Assembly (NCBI GenBank): GCA_049294275.1
Contig: JBAQCQ010000050.1
Span: 7,729 to 71,728, forward strand
From: Bacteroidales bacterium
GTDB taxonomy: Bacteria; Bacteroidota; Bacteroidia; Bacteroidales; VadinHA17
DNA: 64,000 nucleotides
Direction: 5' to 3'
Position numbers and translations under genes: made by a program. Under the pieces are notes generated by a model. The model was not told where the DNA came from. It did not search any database and saw only the letters and a list, made by a program, of their open reading frames with translations. Below, piece after piece: positions 1 through 9,308 of the stretch; the stretch's first letter is position 1; each line of letters begins with the position of its first letter.

Positions 1-1980
1 ATAGTCCCTTCCGGGTATGGTGAAACCGGGTTCCGTATACTCTGAATAATGACCCCTGAATACCCTGGCGTTGATATTCACATACCATAACATGGCATTG
101 ATCCCGCCGCCGGTCTCATAACCGTTAATCAGGTTGAAAGGCTTTGAGATAGTTGTCAGGGACCCGTCAATGGGTGAACTGATCAGGCTGTAACGGTTGC
201 CAACCTTATCCGAAAAGAACTCATTGTATACATAGGGCGAGAAGTAGTTGCTGCCAAAATTCCATGTGTAAGTAAACTGCAGACGGTCACGGTAATCAGG
301 CCTCAGATCAGGATTACCCTGCGTTACGGAATAATTCTGCCCTATCTTCCAGTAAGGATTCATATTATAGATTCCCGGTCGGTTGATCCTCCTGTTGTAG
401 GTGAATTTCAGGTTATGCGATGCCGAGAACTTATATTGGATATTGGCTGAGGGCAGGAAACAGGTATAATCGGGCCTGGTGACCGAATCTGCCATGATAT
501 GACTGTTTTCAACCCTTAACATGGTCTGGAAGCCGAACTTCTTCATGTTGAAGGTGACCCCGGCGTAACCCGAGTTCCTCAACTCGGCATACTCAAACAG
601 GTTGCTTTCTTCCTGGTCATCAATCCTGAAATCATAACCAAGCTGCTGATAGTAAAACTGATGCCCGGCTTCAATCTTTGCATTCAGCCCGATGGGATAT
701 ACAAAATCAAGCTTTGTCGAAAGATAATTCCTTTGATTCAGGTCATCTTCCATTCGTGAATAGGTGCTGAGTACTTCATCACTGTTATAAGGATGCGTGC
801 TGTTTGTAAAATCACTCTCCTCGGCAGAGTTGAAGAGGTAATAGCTTACCTCAGCCGTGAGCTCCTCCACAGGCTTCTTGAAAGTCCTTTTATAAAAGAG
901 GGAAAATGTGGTCTCATCACTGTGCAGGTTGCTGTTAATCAGTGATGTGACTGTGTTCAGAGGACTGCCGGTCTTGTAGAGTGTTGTATTGCCCGAAAGA
1001 TCCACAGCCTGGCTGACTGGTTTGTAACTGAAGTTGAAACTCAGGTTGTTCTTATCATCTATATAATAATCAAACCCGCTGTTGACAGAAGGCACGGATA
1101 CTTTAATCGCTCCTGGCCCCTGCATGCTGGTGGTTGAATCAATCGCCGGGAAACGGCTTTCATTCGAAGAAGTGATATTGAGCCCCTGGTAGATGGAGAG
1201 AGCAGTGACATAAAATGTAATCTTCCCCATCGAATAATCCAGGCTTCCCGAAGCCACACTGGTAACCTTATGGAACGGCTTTAGACTGAGAGCAATATTG
1301 CCGCTCATTCCATACCTGGCTTCCTTCTTAAGGATGATGCTTATTACCCCGTCAATATTACCTTCATATTTGCCGGAAGGGTTACTGATGATCTCAATAC
1401 TCTGAATATCAGATGGCAGAATCCTTGCCAGGAACTCACTGTCACGCTGCCTTCCATCTACCTGGATAATGAAGTTGCTGCTTCCGTTAAGCGTGATATT
1501 ATTCTGAAAATCGACATTCACCTGCGGTATTTTCTTCAGGATGTCATACCCGTTGCTCGAGGATTTCGAGACAACCTCGGGAATGGCATAAACAGTCCTG
1601 TCTACCATCTCCTTGCCCTTCAGACGCTCACCCACCACAGTCACTTCGCCCATGACGGTAGTTGTTTCGGACAGGAAAATTGTATCCACCGCAACCTCAT
1701 CCGCACCTTCAGTGACAGTGACAGGCCTCCCGTCAGGTGTGTACCCGACGAAGCTTACTCTTACAAAATAATTACCAGGTCTGACCTTTTCGAGCAGGTA
1801 GCCTCCGTCAGTTAAAGTTATAACGCCTGTCAACAGGGCTGAATCCGGTAACGCCAGCAATGCCACAGTTGCAAACTGTACAGGTGTTTTGTCGGCTTCG
1901 AAGCAGACCTTTCCCCTTATATTCTGAGCCTGTGCTGCAATTGATACTGTCAACAGCAGCACTATAACAATCTTTCTCAT
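1..1980 (-). CDS. Outer-membrane beta-barrel protein (TonB-dependent-receptor-like) with N-terminal carboxypeptidase-regulatory-like domain; C-terminus cut by the window edge
   Basis: Absent from the ORF track. Frame-1 triplets of the + strand from 1 to 1980 contain no TTA/CTA/TCA, giving a 660-codon stop-free minus frame. It starts at ATG 1980-1978, preceded by in-frame TAA at 1983-1981. The translation begins MRKIVIVLLLTVSIAAQAQNIRGKV...GGYLLEKVRPGNYFVRVSFVGY (signal peptide plus CarboxypepD_reg-like motif). The rest is Tyr/Asn/Gly/Ser-rich alternating beta-strand sequence typical of Bacteroidota OMP barrels. Confidence 0.75.
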   Translation of the reverse strand, partial: MRKIVIVLLLTVSIAAQAQNIRGKVCFEADKTPVQFATVALLALPDSALLTGVITLTDGGYLLEKVRPGNYFVRVSFVGYTPDGRPVTVTEGADEVAVDTIFLSETTTVMGEVTVVGERLKGKEMVDRTVYAIPEVVSKSSSNGYDILKKIPQVNVDFQNNITLNGSSNFIIQVDGRQRDSEFLARILPSDIQSIEIISNPSGKYEGNIDGVISIILKKEARYGMSGNIALSLKPFHKVTSVASGSLDYSMGKITFYVTALSIYQGLNITSSNESRFPAIDSTTSMQGPGAIKVSVPSVNSGFDYYIDDKNNLSFNFSYKPVSQAVDLSGNTTLYKTGSPLNTVTSLINSNLHSDETTFSLFYKRTFKKPVEELTAEVSYYLFNSAEESDFTNSTHPYNSDEVLSTYSRMEDDLNQRNYLSTKLDFVYPIGLNAKIEAGHQFYYQQLGYDFRIDDQEESNLFEYAELRNSGYAGVTFNMKKFGFQTMLRVENSHIMADSVTRPDYTCFLPSANIQYKFSASHNLKFTYNRRINRPGIYNMNPYWKIGQNYSVTQGNPDLRPDYRDRLQFTYTWNFGSNYFSPYVYNEFFSDKVGNRYSLISSPIDGSLTTISKPFNLINGYETGGGINAMLWYVNINARVFRGHYSEYTEPGFTIPGRDY

Positions 1981-1996
1981 TTAATTTCAAATCGAG

Positions 1997-2944
1997 CTAC
2001 TTAATTGTCCTGACTTTTGATTCGCCGTTTATATCCAGGGGTATCTGCATGCTGAATCCCGGAGCACTTACATCAAGGTTGCCTGAAATGCGTGTTTTCA
2101 CGTTGTCTTCAGATATAAGACCGGTACGGATATCGATAACCATATTCGATTTGCCCAATCCCTTCAGATTGCCATAGGTCACAGTGGCGCCTCCCGACTG
2201 TATAGGGGCGGCATTCTCAGATGCCTTGAACTGCAATTCGGAACTGATCTTTGCAAAATCACCCTCAATTCCGTCCAGTCTATAGGTGGTCACAATATTG
2301 AGGTTCATCCCTCCTGCACTCATATCCTGGGTCACGGCCCAATTCTCCCCAATTGAAATCTGCCTGCCGGGAAGACACCATGTGAATGTCCCGATCATCG
2401 TTTTCAGGCTTTCGGCGCTGACAGACCCGGCTATCTGTGTCTTCAATGCAGCTGCCACGGGGCCGGTCAGGGTAATTAAACCGGTATCTTTCAGGACCAT
2501 GTCCGACACCATCTTCGAATTGACTATTTCAACCGGACGGCCGGCATAATCCATCTTGACAAACAGGGCAGCTTTGCTCAGCCTGTTCATGAAATATGAC
2601 ATAATATCAGCTGTTTCCGGTGATTTAACATCACCATCCACGGTTGAATTGATATCGATCATCTTACCCATGGAATTTGTCTTTGTAATCAGGGTGTCAA
2701 ATCGTATCTCAAGGACCATAAGTTCAGGTGTCACATCAATCATTTTCAGAGACATGATGTATTCCACCTTCGTCTCCACGTTCTGCGTGTTGCCGTTAAC
2801 CGTCTGTGAAACAGTCTGCTCTGAAACAGACCTCAAGCGGTAGACTTTGTTTTTTTCGGGGTTCAGCTTCAGGGTGGCACTGTTTTGTGCCATTAACGTA
2901 ACACCTGTCAGTATTACGGCTGTTATTAACAGAATTCTTTTCAT
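1997..2944 (-). CDS. Hypothetical secreted protein (signal peptide), immediately upstream of the barrel gene
   Basis: 315-aa ORF. The N-terminus MKRILLITAVILTGVTLMAQ is signal-peptide-like. It lies 17 nt from the downstream barrel gene, so co-transcription is likely. I recognise no catalytic motif. Confidence 0.6.
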   Translation of the reverse strand: MKRILLITAVILTGVTLMAQNSATLKLNPEKNKVYRLRSVSEQTVSQTVNGNTQNVETKVEYIMSLKMIDVTPELMVLEIRFDTLITKTNSMGKMIDINSTVDGDVKSPETADIMSYFMNRLSKAALFVKMDYAGRPVEIVNSKMVSDMVLKDTGLITLTGPVAAALKTQIAGSVSAESLKTMIGTFTWCLPGRQISIGENWAVTQDMSAGGMNLNIVTTYRLDGIEGDFAKISSELQFKASENAAPIQSGGATVTYGNLKGLGKSNMVIDIRTGLISEDNVKTRISGNLDVSAPGFSMQIPLDINGESKVRTIK

Positions 2945-3075
2945 TGGCTTTTTGTTGAAATTTTATGCAATTCTACCGATTGTGGGTGCTCACTCAAAGA
3001 TTTAATCGGTGAACAGAGAAAATTTGCCGGTAAAGTGTAATTAATGGGAAGTATGCGGAGGTTTGAATATACGGG

Positions 3076-3190
3076 GTCAGGAGAACAGAAGGTCTGATGT
3101 CTGAAGTCAGAAGGTCAGGAGGAGTGGCGGCAGGCGACTGATGACTGGCGACTGATGACTGGAGACTGATGACTGACCTGAAGGTCACGA
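3076..3190. repeat. Period-7 tandem array, G(A/T)CTGNN family
   Basis: Heptads gtctgat gtctgaa gtcagaa occupy 3092-3112. Six in-phase heptads gcgactg atgactg gcgactg atgactg gagactg atgactg occupy 3134-3175. The array is intergenic, between the rnfA terminator and the hypothetical gene. Confidence 0.85.
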
Positions 3191-3363
3191 ACATGAAGAC
3201 AATAGATAAACCTCCGGTTGGTCAGTCACATTGAAAACGTCCTGTACTGTTTATTTATAACGACTTTCACGGACTGACAGAGGGTGTAACAGATGCAAAC
3301 ACGGAAAATTAAAAAAAAATCCAGATTAATACAAGGAAAAACGCTCCAAAATGCTACGGAGCA

Positions 3364-3394
3364 TAAAAAACCGCCGAGGGTCACTTCGGCGGTT
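3364..3394 (-). terminator. Rho-independent terminator of the rnf operon
   Basis: A 9-bp stem aaccgccga/tcggcggtt (3369-3377 with 3386-3394) has an 8-nt loop. On the minus strand a T-run follows (plus-strand A-run 3365-3370). A second small hairpin gctcc...ggagc lies at 3343-3362. The site is 62 nt downstream of the rnfA stop. Confidence 0.75.
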
Positions 3395-3455
3395 TGAGGC
3401 TCTACATTGCCGAAGCAGCGCGGCGGCGGCTTTGATTTTTAATGTTCAGTCGGGA

Positions 3456-4028
3456 TTAAACAAGCCCGGCAAATCCCATGAATGCCAGCGACAGGATACC
3501 GGCAGTTACAAGCGCTATCGGCGCTCCTTTCATACCGTTTGGTACATCTGCCAGCTCAAGCTGCTCACGGATACCGGCCAGGATAACCAGGGCCAGTCCG
3601 AAACCTATCGCAGTGGCTGCGCCATAGACAACTCCCTCCACCAGACTGTAGTCCTTCTTAATCACAAGAATGGCGACACCAAGCACGGCACAGTTCGTGG
3701 TGATAAGAGGCAGAAAAATCCCAAGTGCCTGGTATAGGGGCTGGCTGATCTTTTTCAGGATGATCTCAACCATCTGAACGAGAGCGGCAATCACCAGGAT
3801 GAACGTTATTGTCTGCATAAAAGCTATACCCAAAGGTACAAGGACATAGGTGTGAATCAGGTAGGTAACCATGGTCGCCAGGACTATGACAAAAACCACT
3901 GCCCCTGACATTCCCATTGCAGTACTTACTTTATTTGAAACACCCAGAAAAGGACAAACTCCCAGATACTGGGCCAATACTACGTTATTGACCAGTATAG
4001 CACTAATTATCAGTAAAATATATTCCAT
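3456..4028 (-). CDS. rnfA: Rnf electron-transport complex subunit A
   Basis: 190-aa polytopic protein with LGVCPFLGVS and TTNCAVLG motifs characteristic of RnfA/RsxA. It is the last gene of the rnf cluster. Confidence 0.95.
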   Translation of the reverse strand: MEYILLIISAILVNNVVLAQYLGVCPFLGVSNKVSTAMGMSGAVVFVIVLATMVTYLIHTYVLVPLGIAFMQTITFILVIAALVQMVEIILKKISQPLYQALGIFLPLITTNCAVLGVAILVIKKDYSLVEGVVYGAATAIGFGLALVILAGIREQLELADVPNGMKGAPIALVTAGILSLAFMGFAGLV

Positions 4029-4040
4029 ATCGTTTCCTCC

Positions 4041-4625
4041 CTAAGCTTTCTTGTTGACACGGTTTACTATGGCTATCATATATCCAAGCGCTAAAAAGGC
4101 CCCTGGCGCAAGGATAAATACCAGGATACCGTCTCCCTCGATGAACTTGAAACCGGCAATGGCGCCGCTGCCAAGTATCTCCCTGATAGCGCCAAGCACC
4201 CCCAGCGCCGCGGTGAAACCAAGCCCCATGCCGGCACCGTCAACAACGGATGACCAGACAGTGTTCTTGCTGGCAAACGCTTCGGCACGGCCAAGAACAA
4301 TACAGTTGACAACTATCAGGGGGATGAAAATACCCAGTGTCTCGTACAGCGAAGGAACATAGGCCTGCATCACCAGGTCAACTATCGTGACAAAGGTGGC
4401 TATCACCACTATGAAAGCCGGTATACGTACCTTGTCCGGTATCACGTTCTTCATCATCGAGATCACTGTGTTCGAGCCAAGCAGCACAAACATGGTTGCC
4501 AACCCCATGCCTATCCCGTTGACCATTGACGATGTGGTCGCCAGGGTCGGACACGTACCCAGAATCATCACCAGTATGGGATTCTCCTTTAAAAAGCCTT
4601 TGGTGAAATTTTGCAGCTGGTTCAT
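4041..4625 (-). CDS. rnfE: Rnf electron-transport complex subunit E
   Basis: 194 aa with GTCPTLATT and [14 protein letters not shown] motifs typical of RnfE/NqrD. It overlaps rnfG by 4 nt. Confidence 0.95.
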   Translation of the reverse strand: MNQLQNFTKGFLKENPILVMILGTCPTLATTSSMVNGIGMGLATMFVLLGSNTVISMMKNVIPDKVRIPAFIVVIATFVTIVDLVMQAYVPSLYETLGIFIPLIVVNCIVLGRAEAFASKNTVWSSVVDGAGMGLGFTAALGVLGAIREILGSGAIAGFKFIEGDGILVFILAPGAFLALGYMIAIVNRVNKKA

Positions 4626-5215
4626 TTCAAACCTCCTTTCTCAAATGTGTTGTATGCCCTCTGAATGCCGTCACAAAACGCCCTTGAACTGATGGTGGCA
4701 GCCGTGATGGCATCAACCGGACCACCGTCCTTTTTTACCTTAAGAGGAAATTCTGCAGGATTCTTTCCCCTGAACTGATCCTTGAACTCGGGCTTCTCCG
4801 GCGTGCCGTCAGGAACCATCTTCGTTCCAAGTCCCGGTGTCTCCTTATGCTCCAGGATATTAATGTTATAGATAGCCCCGTCAGGGGTGAATCCCACCAT
4901 AAATCCTATGTAACCGCTGAAGCCGTTGTTGGTGTATGACCTGATGGCATACCCTACAGTATCCTCCCCATTCTTTGCAGGGTAAACCTCAAGTGAATCG
5001 CCTTCACCTGTGGGCAGCATGAACATCTCATCGTTAGGATTGTTCGTGAATTCCGGTACTACCCGCTTGATGGCATCCAGCTTCTTGTTAAGCATCGATA
5101 TCTCTATCGGCGTCTTCGTCATCTCATAAACAATACCAAGCGCTGCCGAGGCCCCAAGGGAGATCATAGTCAGCGAAAGAACCATGTTCTTCAGTGATGA
5201 TTGCATCTTAGCCAT
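4622..5215 (-). CDS. rnfG: Rnf electron-transport complex subunit G (FMN-binding)
   Basis: 197 aa with an N-terminal TM anchor and the FMN-binding-domain motif [12 protein letters not shown]. Confidence 0.9.
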   Translation of the reverse strand: MAKMQSSLKNMVLSLTMISLGASAALGIVYEMTKTPIEISMLNKKLDAIKRVVPEFTNNPNDEMFMLPTGEGDSLEVYPAKNGEDTVGYAIRSYTNNGFSGYIGFMVGFTPDGAIYNINILEHKETPGLGTKMVPDGTPEKPEFKDQFRGKNPAEFPLKVKKDGGPVDAITAATISSRAFCDGIQRAYNTFEKGGLK

Positions 5216-6209
5216 GCTTCACCTCCTTTCCGAACCTTGCAGGTTTTATGTACATGTTCAGCAGCGGCACAAAAGCATTCATAATCAGAATGGCAAACGA
5301 TACACCCTCGGGATAGGCCCCCCAGTTTCGAATAAGCACTGTGATAACCCCTATGCCAATGCCGTAAATGATCATCCCTTTATGCGTCATTGGCGATGTC
5401 ACATAATCAGTCGCCATGAAAATCGCACCCAGCATAATACCGCCGGTCAGAAGATGGAATCCGGGGTCAGCATATTTTGCCGGGTCAGCCAGCCAGAGGA
5501 TCCCTGTGAAAACAGCCACGGTAAGAAGCACCGAGACCGGAATATGCCAGGAGATAATTTTCCTCCATATCATGTAAATTCCGCCGATTATCAGAGCCAC
5601 AGCTGCTATCTCACCCATCGAGCCACCCATATACCCGTAAAAGAGCTGCATATGCGTCGGGACCTTCTCCATCAAAGCCGACACCGTCTCACCGTTCCTG
5701 ATTCCTTCACTCATGATACCCAGTGGCGTGGCACCGGTGACAGCATCAAAATAACCTGTACTGAAACCGGAAGGAACAGGCCAGCTGGTCATCTGCACAG
5801 GGAACGATATCAACAGGAACACTCTTCCCACCAGCGCCGGGTTGAAGGGGTTGCTGCCCAGCCCCCCGAAAGTCATCTTGGCAACGCCGATAGAGATGAC
5901 CGCCCCGATGATGATAATATATACCGGCAGGTTGGAGGGCACATTGAATGCAAGCAGCAGCCCTGTGACTACCGCAGAACCGTCTGTCACAGATGGCTTT
6001 GTCTTCAGGATAAACTTCTGCGTCAGGTACTCAACCGCGACACATGAGAGCACCGAGGTGAGAGTCACGATTATTGCCCCAACCCCGAAAAAGTATATCG
6101 AGGCTGCCAGCGCAGGCGCCAGGGCGATCACCACGCCGTACATCAGCCTGCGGGTCGTTTCCGGGCTCTGCTGGTGCGGTGATGGGGAGACATTGAGGAT
6201 GTTATTCAT
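5208..6209 (-). CDS. rnfD: Rnf electron-transport complex subunit D
   Basis: 333-aa polytopic protein with AVTGATPLG (flavin attachment region) and FMATDYVTSP, typical of RnfD/NqrB. Confidence 0.95.
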   Translation of the reverse strand: MNNILNVSPSPHQQSPETTRRLMYGVVIALAPALAASIYFFGVGAIIVTLTSVLSCVAVEYLTQKFILKTKPSVTDGSAVVTGLLLAFNVPSNLPVYIIIIGAVISIGVAKMTFGGLGSNPFNPALVGRVFLLISFPVQMTSWPVPSGFSTGYFDAVTGATPLGIMSEGIRNGETVSALMEKVPTHMQLFYGYMGGSMGEIAAVALIIGGIYMIWRKIISWHIPVSVLLTVAVFTGILWLADPAKYADPGFHLLTGGIMLGAIFMATDYVTSPMTHKGMIIYGIGIGVITVLIRNWGAYPEGVSFAILIMNAFVPLLNMYIKPARFGKEVKHG

Positions 6210-6221
6210 ATCGCTTCTGTG

Positions 6222-7583
6222 CTATTTCGTGTTACGTTCGCGTGCCATGCGGATCACTGTCGATTTGCCCAGCCTGATATAATCAAGCAGAGGCCTCTTC
6301 GCCGGGCAGGTGTAGGAACATGCCCCGCACTCCATGCAGTCAGTGATCTTCTCCTTCTCAGCCCTTTCCCACATGGCCTTTTCCGACAGGGCGGAGATAA
6401 GCCAGGGCTCAAGCCCCATGGCACATGCCGATGAGCACTTGCCGCACCTGATACACGGCAGAACATCCGCACGCCGCGAGACATCAGAGGGGAATAGGAT
6501 GATACCCGATGTGCCCTTGGTAACAGGCACATCAGTCATCGCCAGCGCCTTGCCCATCATCGGACCGCCGTTGACCACCTTGCCGGTGTCGTCAGGCATG
6601 CCGCCGGCAGCCTCTATCAGGGCCGTCACCGGGGTGCCTATACGCACCCGGAAATTGCCGGGATCCTTTACTGATATGCCGGTCACAGTCACCACTCTCT
6701 CTATAAGCGGCTTGTTCTTCTGCACAGCCTCATAGACCGCAAAGGCGGTGCCCACATTCTGTACTACGACACCAACATCCACAGGCAGACCCCCCGATGG
6801 AACCTCCCTGCCAGCGCAGGCCCTGATCAGCTGCTTCTCACCTCCCTGCGGATACTTGACTTTAAGAGGCTGAATGGTTATCCCACTGAATTCCTTTGCC
6901 AGCTCCGTCAGCTGACTGATGGCATCAGGCTTGTTTGCCTCAATGCCAACCACGGCCTGGTCAACACCCAGCGCCTTCATGATTATGGCCGCACCGGTAA
7001 GTAACTCGGCTCCGTTCTCAAGCATCAGCCTGTGGTCCGACGTGAGATAGGGCTCGCACTCCACACCGTTGATTATGAGCAGGTCACATTTTTTCCCTGA
7101 AGGTACAGTCAGCTTGATGTGTGTGGGGAAGGTGGCGCCACCAAGCCCCACAAGCCCGCACTGCTGACACCGTTCTATGATCTGCTCGCGCGTCATGGTA
7201 ATCCTCCTGACCAGCGCCGGACTCCTGTCAATGGTTTCAACCCACTCATCACCGTCAACATCAATGACCACCGCCGTCTGCTTGTATCCAGTGGTGTCAA
7301 CCACGGTGTCAATCTTGCTGACTTTACCCGAGACAGGTGAGTGGATGTTGGCAGAGACAAATCCTTTCGCCTGCGCAATTACCTGTCCGGCCTTCACGAC
7401 AGTGCCCTTCTCAACCGTGGGCGTAGCCGGCGCTCCTATATGCTGTGAGACGGGAACCGTCACCTGTGGAGGTACCGGAAGGACAACTATCGGCTTGTCG
7501 GCCGTCAGCTTGTTCTCAGGCGGATGAATGCCGCCCTTCGGGAATGTCTTGAACACGTTTATGGAATTTATCTGGTTATTCAA
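6222..7583 (-). CDS. rnfC: Rnf electron-transport complex subunit C
   Basis: 453 aa with two 4Fe-4S motifs (CIRCGKCSSAC, CMECGACSYTC) and the NADH/FMN-binding region GLGGATFPT. The track start is TTG at 7583. GTG at 7556 (giving MFKTFPKGGIHPPENK) is an equally plausible start. Confidence 0.93.
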   Translation of the reverse strand: MNNQINSINVFKTFPKGGIHPPENKLTADKPIVVLPVPPQVTVPVSQHIGAPATPTVEKGTVVKAGQVIAQAKGFVSANIHSPVSGKVSKIDTVVDTTGYKQTAVVIDVDGDEWVETIDRSPALVRRITMTREQIIERCQQCGLVGLGGATFPTHIKLTVPSGKKCDLLIINGVECEPYLTSDHRLMLENGAELLTGAAIIMKALGVDQAVVGIEANKPDAISQLTELAKEFSGITIQPLKVKYPQGGEKQLIRACAGREVPSGGLPVDVGVVVQNVGTAFAVYEAVQKNKPLIERVVTVTGISVKDPGNFRVRIGTPVTALIEAAGGMPDDTGKVVNGGPMMGKALAMTDVPVTKGTSGIILFPSDVSRRADVLPCIRCGKCSSACAMGLEPWLISALSEKAMWERAEKEKITDCMECGACSYTCPAKRPLLDYIRLGKSTVIRMARERNTK

Positions 7584-7680
7584 TTATCAGTTCGTTGCTG
7601 CTTTTCTCAGTTTGTCTCAGCCTCTGCCAGTTTTTTGCTGCTATCAGTTTATTCTTGTCATTATCAGTTCGTTGATGCTT
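7583..7680. repeat. 21-nt direct repeat (20/21 identical) flanking the 77-nt rnfB-rnfC spacer
   Basis: attatcagttcgttgCtgctt at 7583-7603 and attatcagttcgttgAtgctt at 7660-7680, offset 77 nt. The second copy encodes the rnfB C-terminus and stop codon. The first abuts the rnfC start region. Confidence 0.85.
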
Positions 7681-8527
7681 CTGCCGGCTCGGCAGGCTTC
7701 TCCTGCTTCACCGGGAAGCCTATCTCCGGGATGGCCCCTGTAGGGCACTCCGGGGCACACTTGCGGCAGAGCTTGCATTTATATGAGTCGATGAGGGCCA
7801 GGTTGTCAACCATGGTGATGGCATCATACGGACAAACCTTGACACATTTGCCGCAACCTATGCACGCCACCTTGCATGCCTTGCGGGCAGGCCCGCCCTT
7901 GTCCTTGTTGACACACGATACAAATATCTTGCGGTCTTTCTTGTTACGCTTGCGGAGCTCTATAATATTGCGCGGACAGGCCTTCACACAGGTGCCACAG
8001 GCTACGCACTTGTCGTCAAGTATTACCGGCAGCTCTGTGACTGGATCCAGAAACATGGCATCGAACTTGCATGTCACAACACAGTCGCCGCACCCGAGAC
8101 ACCCGTAATGACAACCGGTTGTCCCTCCGTAAAGCGAATGGGCCACCCGACAGCTGACGGCCCCGTCATAATAAGAGGTGCGCTTGGCGTTGTCAGGCGT
8201 GCCGTTGCAGCGTACCACAGCTACCTTCGGGTCAACAGCCACAGCCTGACGGTCGAGGATGAGAGCTACCTTACTCATCGTGTCAGCACCACCGACCGGG
8301 CAGTTGAGACCTTCAAACGAGGTCGATTTCACCAACGTCTCGGCAAAGGCGCGACAGCCGGTGTATCCGCATCCGCCACAGTTGGCACCGGGAAGGGCTT
8401 CATTAACCAGATCGATGCGCGGATCTTCTACAACCTTGAACTTCTGCGCTATAAAATAGAGTATCACCGCGGCAAGCAGCCCCAGTGCACCCAGCATCGC
8501 TATCGTCAACAAAACAGTGGAACTCAT
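7664..8527 (-). CDS. rnfB: Rnf electron-transport complex subunit B (polyferredoxin)
   Basis: 287 aa with an N-terminal TM helix, a CGGCGYTGC cluster region, and several 4Fe-4S ferredoxin motifs (CVACGTCVKACP, CIGCGKCVKVCP, CKLCRKCAPECP). Confidence 0.9.
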   Translation of the reverse strand: MSSTVLLTIAMLGALGLLAAVILYFIAQKFKVVEDPRIDLVNEALPGANCGGCGYTGCRAFAETLVKSTSFEGLNCPVGGADTMSKVALILDRQAVAVDPKVAVVRCNGTPDNAKRTSYYDGAVSCRVAHSLYGGTTGCHYGCLGCGDCVVTCKFDAMFLDPVTELPVILDDKCVACGTCVKACPRNIIELRKRNKKDRKIFVSCVNKDKGGPARKACKVACIGCGKCVKVCPYDAITMVDNLALIDSYKCKLCRKCAPECPTGAIPEIGFPVKQEKPAEPAEASTN

Positions 8528-8530
8528 CTG

Positions 8531-8950
8531 TCAGACCTTTATTTTGAATTCAAACTTTTTCCCGATTATGCCTCTCAGCAGCCATATGGACAGGTAGTAC
8601 AGGCCCACCGCTGCAAACGACAACATCGCCGACACCACTTCCCCGGCCCCGGTAACAGTTGTGATGACAAACACTGCTATAAGCACAATGAAGGGAATGA
8701 TGTATCCTATTGCCAAAGCACGGAAGCCCTGTGACACCTGCATCACAACCATGACATGATCACCAGCCTTGATGGCGGCGCTGTTTTTTACGGTTATGAT
8801 CCTGGTGTCAGCCTTGCCGGGAGAGCATACCGATTTGGCAAGGCATCCCGAGCAGGCCTCAGCAGTGATTATCTCCACCTCGGCTGTGCCGTCACCCGGC
8901 ACCCTTAAAACCGTCCCTTCATGTGTGATTGTCTCTTCCTGCGGCATCAA
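8531..8950 (-). CDS. RseC/MucC-family (SoxR-reducing system) membrane protein, first gene of the rnf operon
   Basis: 139 aa. An N-terminal soluble part carries CSGCLAKSVC and is followed by two TM helices. It lies 3 nt upstream of rnfB. This architecture and position are typical of RseC-like genes preceding Bacteroidota rnf operons. Confidence 0.8.
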   Translation of the reverse strand: MMPQEETITHEGTVLRVPGDGTAEVEIITAEACSGCLAKSVCSPGKADTRIITVKNSAAIKAGDHVMVVMQVSQGFRALAIGYIIPFIVLIAVFVITTVTGAGEVVSAMLSFAAVGLYYLSIWLLRGIIGKKFEFKIKV

Positions 8951-9140
8951 AAAAATATTGCAGCCGCAATTTTAAGGAATTACGGGGAATTAATAAAGAA
9001 CAACAGTCATAATTTTGGGAAGTCCGAAAGTCCTTAAAGTCGAAAGCCGGGAGGTCTGTCGCTTTTTGCTCCGTCATGCAGCCCTGCTGCCACGCAGTCT
9101 AAATGCATTAATTTCAGTTCGTACTCCTTAATTCTTCTCT

Positions 9141-9217
9141 ATTGCCGACTGCCGACTGCCGATTACCGACTGCCGATTGCCGACTGCCGACTGCCGATTG
9201 CGGATTGCGGACTGCCG
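9141..9217. repeat. Heptanucleotide tandem array, 11 x A(C/T)T(G/A)C(C/G)G
   Basis: attgccg actgccg actgccg attaccg actgccg attgccg actgccg actgccg attgcgg attgcgg actgccg, read directly in phase from 9141. Confidence 0.95.
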
Positions 9218-9255
9218 AATAGGATTTGAGATTGACAGTGGTATAACATCTTTCA

Positions 9256-9290
9256 AAACCGCAAACCGCAAACCGCAAACCGCAAACCGC
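9256..9290. repeat. Heptanucleotide tandem array, 5 perfect copies of AAACCGC
   Basis: aaaccgc x5 at 9256-9290, ending 18 nt from the recG stop codon (9309). Confidence 0.95.
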
Positions 9291-9308
9291 AAATTCTGCT
9301 ACCTGAAT

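Noticed and set aside
2994-3194. 66-aa minus-strand ORF in the large rnfA-downstream gap
   Set aside because: It is encoded almost entirely by the period-7 array (repetitive Ser/Val/Gln translation) and has no start context.
5184-6047. Long antisense ORFs opposite well-supported genes. This 287-aa ORF lies opposite rnfD. Others are 14677-15543, 18662-19429, 22937-23608, 33589-34251, 42936-43619 and 48512-49300.
   Set aside because: Each overlaps a gene with strong family motifs on the other strand. Their compositions are Arg/His/Pro/Gly-rich, and none has a plausible promoter box or conserved domain. I treat them as shadow ORFs.
9141-9290. Possible CRISPR array or other spacer-repeat structure
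   Set aside because: The units are 7 nt long and contiguous with no unique spacers, and no cas genes are present in the window. These are microsatellites, not CRISPR repeats.
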